Position numbers and translations under genes: made by a program
Source of the DNA: an uncultured delta proteobacterium
GTDB lineage: Bacteria; Myxococcota; UBA727; VGSZ01
Assembly: GCA_963775425.1 (NCBI GenBank)
Contig: CAVZJB010000005.1
Coordinates: 672,001-736,000, forward strand
Direction of reading: 5' to 3'
Length of the DNA: 64,000 nt
Shown here: positions 18,925 through 27,508 of the stretch, in pieces
Layout: every line of letters begins with the position of its first letter
Numbering within the stretch: the stretch's first letter is position 1
The notes under the pieces: model-generated
What the model was told of the DNA's origin: nothing
The model's database searches: none
What the model saw: the letters and a program-made list of their open reading frames with translations, nothing else

Positions 18925-20600
18925 AGGTTCCGCGCGATGTAGCCCCAGCAGATCGAGTGCCCCGCACCGTCGAGCGCGCACACGTGCGTGTCGCCGACGC
19001 TCACCGCCGTCGCGGCGAGGTTGCTCGGCACCGTGGCCTGGCCCCACTCGTCGTTCCCCCAACACAACAGAGCGCCGCCCGTCGTGAGGCCGCATGTCTC
19101 TTCACCGCCGGCCGCGAGGCTCCGGAAGGTCGTCGCGGGAGGCTCCGTCTGCCCGTAGTTGTCGAGGCCCCAGCAGGTGGCGCGCCCCTGGGCGTCGAGG
19201 GCGCAGTTGTGGTGACGTCCCGCCACGACGCTGACGAAGACGCCGGCCGGTGGCGTGGTCTTGTGCGCGTAGGGGCGCCCCCAGCACGCGATGGTCCCGT
19301 CCGTACGAAGCGCGCAGGAGTGGTCATAGCCGGTGGTGACCGAGGCGTACGTCCCCGGCGGCACGTCGAGCTGGTGGTGGTTGTTCGCCCCCCAGCATGA
19401 GATCTGACCCTTCTCGTCGAGCGCGCAGGAGTGGAAACCTCCCGATGCGATCTGCACGAAAGGCCCCGCGGGGCTGTCGCATTGGCCGAAGCTGTTGGAG
19501 CCCCAGCACTTGACGGTGCCGGAGAGCCCGAGGGTGCACACGTGCGCTTCGCCGGAAGACACGGCCGCGATCGAGCTCGGCAGGGGCGTCGCTTGCCCAA
19601 CGTCATTCCGGCCGAAGCAGGCCACCGACGAGGTGCCGGCGACGAGCCCGCACGCGTAACGCTTCCCGGCGGAGATCGTCCGGTAGAGGAGGCGCGGGGC
19701 GTCGGCCTGTGCGTAGTTGGTCTTCCCCCAGCAATCGATCTGTCCGCTGCTGGTGAGTGCGCAGGCGGACTCATTGCCGACCGCGAGCGCGACGTAGTCG
19801 CTTCCTGTCGGAGGTGACGCCCGCCCGTCCGCGTCGTCTCCCCAACACACGAGGCTCCCCCCCGTTGTCAAGGCGCAGGTGTGCTCGTTTCCGCCGTCCA
19901 CCTGCTTGACGGGCGGCAGGTCCGCAGGGACGTCGGTCTGGCCGTAGACGTTGCGTCCCCAGCACTCGACGTCGCCGTTCCTGCGGACGGCGCACGCGTG
20001 TTTGTCGCCGGCGCCGACGCTCGCGAACTCGCCGTCCGGCGGCGTCGTCTGACCTGCGCTGTCGCGCCCCCAACAGACGACGGCGCTGTGTGGCGTGCGC
20101 ACGCCGCAGGTGAAGTCGCCACCGCCGGCGATCTGCGTGAAGTGTGCTCCGTCGGGGGGTACGAGCTGTCCGAATTCGTTGCTGCCCCAGCACACCGGCT
20201 TCCGATTCGCAGACGGGATGCCGCAGGCGTGGTCGTTGCCGGCGGCGATGCTCGAGAAGCGCTCGTCCGCGGGCGCTGCCGTCTGCCCGAGGTTGTCGAT
20301 GCCCCAGCACTGCGTGGTCCCCGACCGCAAGCCGCAGGTGAAGCGGCTGCCGGCGGCGACCTGTTCGAAGCCGGTGAGCGAGGGAGGAATCGATTGATCG
20401 TAGTTGTCGAGGCCCCAACAACCGATGCCTCCGTCCGACCGCAGCGCGCATGCGTGGCCGTTGCCGACGGAGATCGCCTGCATCGTCGTGTCCTGTGCGA
20501 GGAGCGCGAACGCGGGGGTCCCGGTGATTGCTTCGTCGAGGCCCGCCGTGCCGCCGCACGCCGCCGTCCCCATGCATGCCAGGGCTACGAGGAGCCGCAT
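18921..20600 (-). CDS. RCC1/BLIP-II-like repeat lipoprotein (14 repeats)
   Basis: Lipobox-like TAAC; 14 copies of about 36-38 aa x[AS]GxxHxCxL..GxxxCWGxxxxGQ. Confidence 0.88.
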   Translation of the reverse strand: MRLLVALACMGTAACGGTAGLDEAITGTPAFALLAQDTTMQAISVGNGHACALRSDGGIGCWGLDNYDQSIPPSLTGFEQVAAGSRFTCGLRSGTTQCWGIDNLGQTAAPADERFSSIAAGNDHACGIPSANRKPVCWGSNEFGQLVPPDGAHFTQIAGGGDFTCGVRTPHSAVVCWGRDSAGQTTPPDGEFASVGAGDKHACAVRRNGDVECWGRNVYGQTDVPADLPPVKQVDGGNEHTCALTTGGSLVCWGDDADGRASPPTGSDYVALAVGNESACALTSSGQIDCWGKTNYAQADAPRLLYRTISAGKRYACGLVAGTSSVACFGRNDVGQATPLPSSIAAVSSGEAHVCTLGLSGTVKCWGSNSFGQCDSPAGPFVQIASGGFHSCALDEKGQISCWGANNHHQLDVPPGTYASVTTGYDHSCALRTDGTIACWGRPYAHKTTPPAGVFVSVVAGRHHNCALDAQGRATCWGLDNYGQTEPPATTFRSLAAGGEETCGLTTGGALLCWGNDEWGQATVPSNLAATAVSVGDTHVCALDGAGHSICWGYIARNL

Positions 20601-20610
20601 TCCAACGACG

Positions 20611-23154
20611 CTAACGCGTGCGTTCGACCGTCGCGCGTTTGTTGCCGCGCTTGCTACTGATCGAGTCAGCGGGTCGCGCGTCCGCCGCGACGACTTCGCG
20701 CGGGAGCAGGAGTCCCCTCGGATCGGTGGCTGCCCACGGCGGAACCGTCAGGAGGTCGATCTCCCCCAGGCAGGCGCGGTAGCTCCACAGCGTTCCGTCC
20801 TGTCCCGCGGCGACGGGTACGGAAAAGTAGTCGTCCGCCGTCTGCGCGCTGAAGAGCACCTCGCCATTCGGGCCTGCGACGCGGCAGCTCGCGCTCGTGT
20901 GGTACCCGCCGACGACCTTGGTGCCTTTGGGGACGTAGAAGTAGGCAGACCGTCTCCCGCCGTGCGGCGTCACGGCGTCGTCGACGGTCGGAACGGGGCC
21001 ACCGACCCACCGCACCTGTGCTCCGTTGTCGCCGTCGACGATGACGCGGAACACGCCGGGCGCGTTCGCGCGGAGGGTGACTCCGTGCGTCGCTCCGTCG
21101 GCGGGCACGTCGGCGTGGTCGATGGCCCTCGCCCCGGCGCCTCGCGCGCCCGCCAGCAGCGTCACCTCGACACTGCGGTCGTCGCTGTTCACCTTGTTCG
21201 CCTTGACCTCGAGCGCGACGCGGGGCGTCGGCCCGACGAGCGAGACGAAGTAGACGCGCTGGCCACGCCCGATCTCGTCCATCTTGAAGGGGGGCGCCGC
21301 GAGCTCCAGGGGCTTCGCCGCGGGCACGAGATCGTCGCTGAATCGTCTCTCGTCGAAGCCGCGGGCGGGGTTGGCCGCGCTGCCACGCTTGATGAAGTCA
21401 AGGATCTCGCTCGCTGCGAAGGGGGTGCTGCTCTTCCACGGGTTCTTCCCCTCGGGGACGGACCATGCCGCATCAACAGGGACGGCGATTTGCTTGTCGC
21501 GCTTGGGCAGGTCCCGATAGAGCGCCTTGACGTGGACCATCATCGTGCCCCGCATTCGGTACGCGTGACGGATCAAGCGCTCGAAAGCGGCTTGCCGCTC
21601 GGCACCGCTCGCGGTGTTGTACGCACGAAACAGCTCGACGTACCTCGCGTAGAGAACGAGCGCGTCGAGCCGTTGCCGGACGTCGCGATCGATCGGCGTT
21701 CGGAGCGCTTCGTCGAGGAGGCGGTACATCTCGCCTACGACGTGCGTGGACACGAGCGCACCCCGGGTGGGGTCGAGGAGCGCGTAGAATCGACGCATGA
21801 CGGGAGCGGCGCGCGTGAACGACCTCTCTAAGAAGTCCGCCTCGATCTGCGGGACGTGCGTCGTCTCGTCCACGTCCCACAGAGAGCGCGCCGCGACGAA
21901 GTAGCCGAGGCCGCTGGGGCCCCAATTGCTTCCTGCTTCGGCGACGAAGAAGCGCGCCCCGAGCGCGTGGTAGTGCGCGATGGAGGTAGCGAGTCGCTCG
22001 AGGTTGCTCACCGGCGGGCGCCCCGGGAGGTCGCGGTCCCATTGATTCACGCTGAAGTAGTCGCGGATCCCGAAGTCCTCGACGCCGGCATTGCGCCAGC
22101 CGGCGATGGTCTCCTCGACGCTGTAGCCGTGGCGGTAGCGCGTGGCGATGCTGACGATGAGGCCGCGGTGCGCGCGTACCCGGGCAGGCGCCGGCGTGTG
22201 GTCGGCGTACGCGTAGAAGGCGACGCGCTTGAGAGGGTATTGCGCGCGAACGGCATCCGCGACGTCGTTGGCCAGCAGAAGCACCCGGTCGCTCGGTGAC
22301 CCGAAGCCGACGCACGTGTCACACGTGCACCAGCCGAGGCCGTCCGAAGGCTCGGCCGACACAGAGTCCAGGTGCGGATTCCCACGAATCAAGTCGAGGG
22401 CATCCTTGACGAACAGGGCGCGGAGTCCGGGGTTGGTGAGACAGAGCTTCTTCCCCTTGCGCTCCCCGTCGACGAGCGCGAGGTACTCGGGGTGCTCTTT
22501 CAGCTCTTGCGTGTGGCGCTGTACGAACGCCTTGAACGCGTGGCCGGTGCTCAGCGAGAACGCACCGGGGATCCTGTTCTTCTTTCGCCAGTCGGCGAAC
22601 GCGTCGCGGTCGTGATCCCACATGCCGAACCCGACGAAGATCTGACGCGTGAGGAAGTCCGGCTGCTCGAGCGCATCGACGGCCACGCCGAGCTTCGGCT
22701 CATGCGGCACAATCTCCCAGGTGGCCCCCGGGAAGAACTGGCGGTAGCCGAGGCGATAGGCGAGCCCCCAGACTGCGTCCTCGACGCCCATAGGGGCGGC
22801 CGCGACGACGAAGACACCGCCGGGGTGCGAGCGCAGCACGTATTGCTCGCGGCGCACGAGCTCATCCTTCGAGAAGCGTTCGTCGAGCCCGAGCGCCGGG
22901 AAGTCGGCGACGACGCCGACCGCGATGCCGGTCCTGCCGTCGCCGACCTGCACGCTGAACGTCGCGCCGGTGATGCGTGAAAGGAGCTGAGCGAGCTCCT
23001 CCGCCGCGTGACGGACGTCGGCGGCAGCGCGTGCGCCGACGACGACGGGCATGAGGGCGCGCCCCTTTTCAGCGAGCGAAGTCGGCGCGGCGACTGCGGG
23101 GACGGCGCTGGTCGCGGCGCCGGCGACGAGGAGAAGCAAGAGGGTGCGGGGCAG
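20611..23154 (-). CDS. Secreted DUF4838-domain protein (glycoside-hydrolase-like)
   Basis: Signal peptide; AAEELAQLLSRITG, GHAF, HPEYLALVDGER, LCLTNP, WCTC..C, FYAYADH; start CTG 23154 (GGAGG 6 nt upstream) or TTG 23139. Confidence 0.75.
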   Translation of the reverse strand: MPRTLLLLLVAGAATSAVPAVAAPTSLAEKGRALMPVVVGARAAADVRHAAEELAQLLSRITGATFSVQVGDGRTGIAVGVVADFPALGLDERFSKDELVRREQYVLRSHPGGVFVVAAAPMGVEDAVWGLAYRLGYRQFFPGATWEIVPHEPKLGVAVDALEQPDFLTRQIFVGFGMWDHDRDAFADWRKKNRIPGAFSLSTGHAFKAFVQRHTQELKEHPEYLALVDGERKGKKLCLTNPGLRALFVKDALDLIRGNPHLDSVSAEPSDGLGWCTCDTCVGFGSPSDRVLLLANDVADAVRAQYPLKRVAFYAYADHTPAPARVRAHRGLIVSIATRYRHGYSVEETIAGWRNAGVEDFGIRDYFSVNQWDRDLPGRPPVSNLERLATSIAHYHALGARFFVAEAGSNWGPSGLGYFVAARSLWDVDETTHVPQIEADFLERSFTRAAPVMRRFYALLDPTRGALVSTHVVGEMYRLLDEALRTPIDRDVRQRLDALVLYARYVELFRAYNTASGAERQAAFERLIRHAYRMRGTMMVHVKALYRDLPKRDKQIAVPVDAAWSVPEGKNPWKSSTPFAASEILDFIKRGSAANPARGFDERRFSDDLVPAAKPLELAAPPFKMDEIGRGQRVYFVSLVGPTPRVALEVKANKVNSDDRSVEVTLLAGARGAGARAIDHADVPADGATHGVTLRANAPGVFRVIVDGDNGAQVRWVGGPVPTVDDAVTPHGGRRSAYFYVPKGTKVVGGYHTSASCRVAGPNGEVLFSAQTADDYFSVPVAAGQDGTLWSYRACLGEIDLLTVPPWAATDPRGLLLPREVVAADARPADSISSKRGNKRATVERTR

Positions 23155-23318
23155 GCTGAGCCTCCAACGCGGCTGAGGTTGCCGCGCGTGACGACGGACG
23201 GCAACGCGAAGGAACCGAGCCCCGCGACCAGAGAGCCACGGCCCAGACTGCCCCGCTGCCGTCCGGCCGGATCATCGACGAGCGACCAGCGGTCGGCGGA
23301 CCGTCGGCTCTCCGGGGA

Positions 23319-24038
23319 TCAGCGCTGGTGCGCCTCGGTCTTCATGTCATGCAGCACGCTGCCCGCTCCCATGGCGCCGACCCACGCAAGCAAGAGGACG
23401 ACGATGTACGGCACCACCCCGCGCGCGTCGGCCTTGCGCACGACGACGTCGGCGGCGAGCACCCTCGTGTGCAGGATGGTCGACCAGATCAAGCCCCCGG
23501 CGAGCGCGCCGACGCCGATCGTCGTGCGCGGGAGCTCGTGGAGGAGGTAGGGCGAAAAGACGCCGCCGACGACGACGAGCATGCCGAGCATCAAGCCAGC
23601 CGAGATGAGCCGCTCCCGCGGCCCGAGGGCCGGGTGCCGCAACGCCAGAAGGCCGATGCCGAGCCAGACGGCTCCGCCGTCGATGAGGAACCCGCGGATG
23701 GCGAGGTGGAAGAGGTCGTGGTCGTGCGGCGCCGCGACCACCGCGAGCAGCGGACCGTCGACGAGGAGCACCAAAGCCGCGGGGATGGACCGGGGCAGCC
23801 GCGTGTACATCGCGAGCACCGAGAGCTGCACGGCCACGGCCGCGGCGCCGACGATGAAGAACACCAGCGCCGCGGCGTCCGTCAGCGCCGCCGGTACCGG
23901 ATAGCCGTACGTGTCGAGCACGTAGAAGGTCGCGGGGGCGGCGAGGAGCCCGACGTAGACGAGGCTCACCCAGCCGATGGCGTGCGCGATGCGCACGGGC
24001 AGCGTGAGGGCGGCGGGCTGCGGCGTCTCGGTGGGCAC
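23319..24038 (-). CDS. Hypothetical integral membrane protein (about 7 TM)
   Basis: Hydrophobic ORF filling the gap, with the strand and codon bias of its neighbours. Confidence 0.65.
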   Translation of the reverse strand: MPTETPQPAALTLPVRIAHAIGWVSLVYVGLLAAPATFYVLDTYGYPVPAALTDAAALVFFIVGAAAVAVQLSVLAMYTRLPRSIPAALVLLVDGPLLAVVAAPHDHDLFHLAIRGFLIDGGAVWLGIGLLALRHPALGPRERLISAGLMLGMLVVVGGVFSPYLLHELPRTTIGVGALAGGLIWSTILHTRVLAADVVVRKADARGVVPYIVVLLLAWVGAMGAGSVLHDMKTEAHQR

Positions 24039-24050
24039 TCCGCCTGAAGA

Positions 24051-24854
24051 TTATCCGCTCGTGCGCTCGAGGAACGCGACGACGGCGGGCGAGACCACCT
24101 CGGGGTATTCGGCCTGCGGATAGTGCCCGCCGCCGGGAACCAAGAGCACGTCGCCGCGCACGCGCTCCGCGAGCCCGCGCGCCTCGGCGGAGGGATCGGG
24201 GAAGTCCGGGTCGCGCTCGCCCATCACGACCAGCGTCGGCGCCTTCACCTCGTCAAGCCGCGCTTCGACGGGTGCGTGCGAGGTGTGCGTCGTCGCGCGG
24301 AACGCGCGGAAGTGGCCGCGCCGCCGCAGGCTCGCCGCGATGCGCGCGCGGTGCTCGGCGAGGTCCGCGGGCGGCCGCCCGGGGTAGAGCTTCGGGTAGT
24401 ACGCCTGCCACGCCGCGCGGCCCCACGGCCAGGCCATCGCCGCGCGAAACGCCAGCGTCATGAACGCGCCCACGGGGACGTCCCGCACGAACGGCCCCAG
24501 GAGCACCAGCGCCTTCACCTTCGCCGGCGCCTCCGCGGCCGCCCACGCCGCGGCGCCGGCGCCCATGGAGTTTCCGACGACGACGGCGGGGCCGCCGAGG
24601 GCGTCGATGAGCGCGAGCACGTCGCTGCCGGCGGCGACGTCGTCGTACCGGGCGAACGTCGCGTCGCTGTCACCGTGACCCCGCAGGTCCATGGCGGCAA
24701 CGCGATAGCCGGCGTCGACGAGCGCGGGCGTCAGGAAGCGATAGACGGACCGCAGGTCGCCCATGCCGGGGACGCAGACGGCGAGCGGGCCGTCGTCGCC
24801 GCTGAGGTTGTAGGCGATTCGGCCCTCGCCACGGTCGAGGAAACGCGTCTCCAT
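24051..24854 (-). CDS. Alpha/beta hydrolase
   Basis: PGMGD, DLRGHG, GNSMG nucleophile elbow, GERDPDF, GGGHYP. Confidence 0.9.
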   Translation of the reverse strand: METRFLDRGEGRIAYNLSGDDGPLAVCVPGMGDLRSVYRFLTPALVDAGYRVAAMDLRGHGDSDATFARYDDVAAGSDVLALIDALGGPAVVVGNSMGAGAAAWAAAEAPAKVKALVLLGPFVRDVPVGAFMTLAFRAAMAWPWGRAAWQAYYPKLYPGRPPADLAEHRARIAASLRRRGHFRAFRATTHTSHAPVEARLDEVKAPTLVVMGERDPDFPDPSAEARGLAERVRGDVLLVPGGGHYPQAEYPEVVSPAVVAFLERTSG

Positions 24855-24859
24855 ACGCC

Positions 24860-24950
24860 GATCGAAGCAACCGAGGAGCGCTTGATCAAGCGACCGGAGG
24901 AGCGGCCGCGCTGAGCAAGCGACCGGAGGGAGCGGCCGCGCTGATCAAGT
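24860..24950. repeat. Short tandem direct repeat (about 29-30 bp unit GATCAAGCGACCGGAGGAGCGGCCGCGCT, 2 near-full copies plus partials)
   Basis: gatcgaagcaaccgaggagcgctt / gatcaagcgaccggaggagcggccgcgct / gagcaagcgaccggagggagcggccgcgct / gatcaag. Confidence 0.75.
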
Positions 24951-25382
24951 CGCGTCGCCGAAGGTGGCGCGCAGCCCGGCGGCGAGGGTGGCGCGCTCGG
25001 CGGCGGTCAGCTTGGCGTCGCTGTGCATGATCACGTAGATGTCGAGGGGCATCTCCCGCTCCTCGACCTCCTGCGCCGCCTTTTTCGCCCGCTTCTGCGG
25101 GTGCGCCTGGTCCCACGTGGAGAAGTTGAGGTGCCGGCGGCCGTCGTCGACGTCGTCCTGCACGAGCCAGGACACCGGCGCCACCGTCGAGTACCAGGGC
25201 CAGACGGTCTCGTTGCTGTGGCAGTCGAAGCACGCCCGCTTCGCCAGCGCGCGCACCTCGGGCGAGCTCCACGTGGGCTCGGCCACCACCGCGGGATTTT
25301 CGTGGTCGCGGCCATAGGGGATGAGCTGCGCGACGATGAGGACGACGGCGAGGCCGGCCAGGATGCGGATGGTCCACTTCAC
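24945..25382 (-). CDS. Haem-binding domain protein (Haem_bd family, c-type CxxCH)
   Basis: N-terminal TM/signal, RACFDCHSNETVWPWYS..APVSW, LNFS, EMPL. Confidence 0.88.
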   Translation of the reverse strand: MKWTIRILAGLAVVLIVAQLIPYGRDHENPAVVAEPTWSSPEVRALAKRACFDCHSNETVWPWYSTVAPVSWLVQDDVDDGRRHLNFSTWDQAHPQKRAKKAAQEVEEREMPLDIYVIMHSDAKLTAAERATLAAGLRATFGDAT

Positions 25383-26134
25383 GATGCGTGGTGGAATACC
25401 ATGACCCAGACGTCGTAGAGGGCGTGGGTGTACGCCGCCACGGCCAGGCCACGGGTCTGGAAGATCACGGCGAAGAGCATGCCGGCGAAGATGCGGAACA
25501 CGAACGCCTGCATGGTGAAGGGCTCGGTGATGTGGTGCGCCGCCGAGAACAGCACGCTCGAGGCCACGATGGCGATGACGGCGGCGAGGAAGCGCGGCAT
25601 GGACAGGCCGCGCGTGAGCGCGAAAAACAGCCCGCCCATCAAGAAGCCGCGGAACACGATCTCCTCGTAAAAGCCCGCCCCCGCGCTCATCACGAGCTTG
25701 TCGACGAGGGTCATCGGGTGCTTGGCCACGGCGGCCGCGGAGAGCAGCCCGCCGAGCCCGAGCACGTTGATGAGCGCGATGACGGCGGTGCCGAGGAGCA
25801 CCGCATACAGCCCGGACTCGAGGATCATCCACGGGATGGCGCGCGCCTCGAAGTGGCCGCGCTTGCGCATCACCAGGATGGCGACGATGAAGGCGACGAG
25901 CACCGCGCCGTTGAAGGCGAAGTACCAGGTGATGTCGCCGCCGAGCGCGGTGAACAGCAGGTTGGAGACGAAGTCGACGCCGTTGCGCATCCCGCCCGTG
26001 GCCAGGATGCCGATCTGGTACGCGAGGAAGAGCGGCAGCACGAGCACCACGCTCGTGAACGGGTCCCGCGTGGCCTTCAGGTAGGAGCGGAACCCGCCCT
26101 TCGACTCACCCAACGACACCTCCGCAACATTCAT
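25379..26134 (-). CDS. CPBP (CAAX/Abi) intramembrane glutamic protease
   Basis: AGFYEEIVFRG, FSAAHH, HALYD motifs; multiple TM. Confidence 0.88.
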   Translation of the reverse strand: MNVAEVSLGESKGGFRSYLKATRDPFTSVVLVLPLFLAYQIGILATGGMRNGVDFVSNLLFTALGGDITWYFAFNGAVLVAFIVAILVMRKRGHFEARAIPWMILESGLYAVLLGTAVIALINVLGLGGLLSAAAVAKHPMTLVDKLVMSAGAGFYEEIVFRGFLMGGLFFALTRGLSMPRFLAAVIAIVASSVLFSAAHHITEPFTMQAFVFRIFAGMLFAVIFQTRGLAVAAYTHALYDVWVMVFHHAS

Positions 26135-26217
26135 CATCGCGTCTCTACCCCGGCTCGACAAGGCGCACGCGGCCGTTAGTCTCTCTCGTCGACAGCACAA
26201 CGCCCCGAAGGATCCCC

Positions 26218-27285
26218 TTGTTCCGCATCGGCCGCCACGAGATCGACCCACCCTGGCTGCTCGCGCCCATGGCCAGCGTGAGCGAGATGCCCTTTCGCGT
26301 CATCGCGCTCGAGATGGGCGCGGGGCTCGCCACCACGGAGCTCATCTCGTCGAGCGGCATCTTCTACAAGAACCGCCGTACGCGGCAGTACATGACGTTC
26401 GACCGCGCGCGCGAGCGGCCCTACTCGCTGCAGCTCTTCGGCGGCGACATCGACAAGATGGCCCACGCCGCGCGCGTCGCCGCCGAGCACGGCGCGGACA
26501 TCGTCGACATCAACATGGGCTGCCCGGTGAAGAAGGTGACCACCACCGGCTCCGGCTCGTCGCTCCTGTGCGATCCCGCGCGCGCCGCGCGGATGGTGGA
26601 GGCCATGCGCAGAGCCGTCGACGACAAGGTCCCCATCACGGCGAAGATCCGCTCGGGCTGGGATCAAAACAGCGTCAACGCCGTCGAGATGGGCAAGGTC
26701 CTCGAGGGCGCCGGCTGCGCCGCCATGGCCATCCACGGCCGCACGCGGCAGCAGGGCTACTCCGGCCTCGCCAACTGGGACCTCATCGGCGAGGTGAAGA
26801 ACGCCGTGAAGATGCCCATCATCGGAAACGGCGACGTCAACACCGTCGACGACGCGCACCGCATGCGCGCCCACACCGGGTGCGACGCGGTGATGATCGG
26901 CCGCGGCGCCCTCGGCAACCCGTGGCTGTTCCGCGCGCTCCGCGAGGGCAGGGACGCGACGCCGTCGCCGGCGGAGCGGCTGGCGCTCATCCTCAGGCAC
27001 CTGAAGGACCACGTGGCGTTCCACGAGTCCCTCGACGCCGACCCCGGGCGCGCGCTGCGGACGCCGCCAGCGGTGATGGCGACGAGGACGTTCCGCCAGC
27101 ACCTCGTGTGGTACTCGCGCGGCCTGCGCGGCGGCAAGGAGTTCCGCCGCGACGTGCTCACGCTCGACGACCCGAGCGCCGTCGTCGACCAGCTCCAGCG
27201 GTTCTTCGCGGTGGCCGAGCCCGAGGTGAAGGAGGCCGGCATGGCCGAGCCCGAGGGCGTCGCCTACCACGCCGCCTTCGGCTGA
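26218..27285 (+). CDS. dusB: tRNA-dihydrouridine synthase B
   Basis: LAPMA, QLFGG, DINMGCPVKKV, KIRSGW, HGRTR, GNGDV, MIGRGALGNPW. Confidence 0.92.
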   Translation: MFRIGRHEIDPPWLLAPMASVSEMPFRVIALEMGAGLATTELISSSGIFYKNRRTRQYMTFDRARERPYSLQLFGGDIDKMAHAARVAAEHGADIVDINMGCPVKKVTTTGSGSSLLCDPARAARMVEAMRRAVDDKVPITAKIRSGWDQNSVNAVEMGKVLEGAGCAAMAIHGRTRQQGYSGLANWDLIGEVKNAVKMPIIGNGDVNTVDDAHRMRAHTGCDAVMIGRGALGNPWLFRALREGRDATPSPAERLALILRHLKDHVAFHESLDADPGRALRTPPAVMATRTFRQHLVWYSRGLRGGKEFRRDVLTLDDPSAVVDQLQRFFAVAEPEVKEAGMAEPEGVAYHAAFG

Positions 27286-27435
27286 CTTGAGCGGCGTTAC
27301 GACATTCTCGGCGGGACGACGTTTGTCGTCGACGACGACCTCGTGCCCCGCCGTTGTCGCATCGGGGCGACGGCCGGTGCCGTCGTCGCCGCACACGTCG
27401 ACACGGCACGCGCGACGTCCGCCTGGCCTCCCGAC

Positions 27436-27459
27436 GCGGGGGACAAGCCCCCGCCCTAC
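27436..27459 (-). repeat. GTAG-type REP-like palindrome (GTAGGGCGGGGGCTTGTCCCCCGC) with a degenerate second copy to about 27497
   Basis: gcgggggacaagcccccgccctac between convergent dusB and fabI; flanked by cccgacgc/gcgtcggg inverted arms. Confidence 0.6.
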
Positions 27460-27508
27460 GGGGCGTCGGGGGACAACCCGGACAACCCCCCGCCCCCGCC
27501 GTGAATGT

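Noticed and set aside
24860-24950. Possible mini-CRISPR array
   Set aside because: Repeats abut without unique spacers, and there are no cas genes
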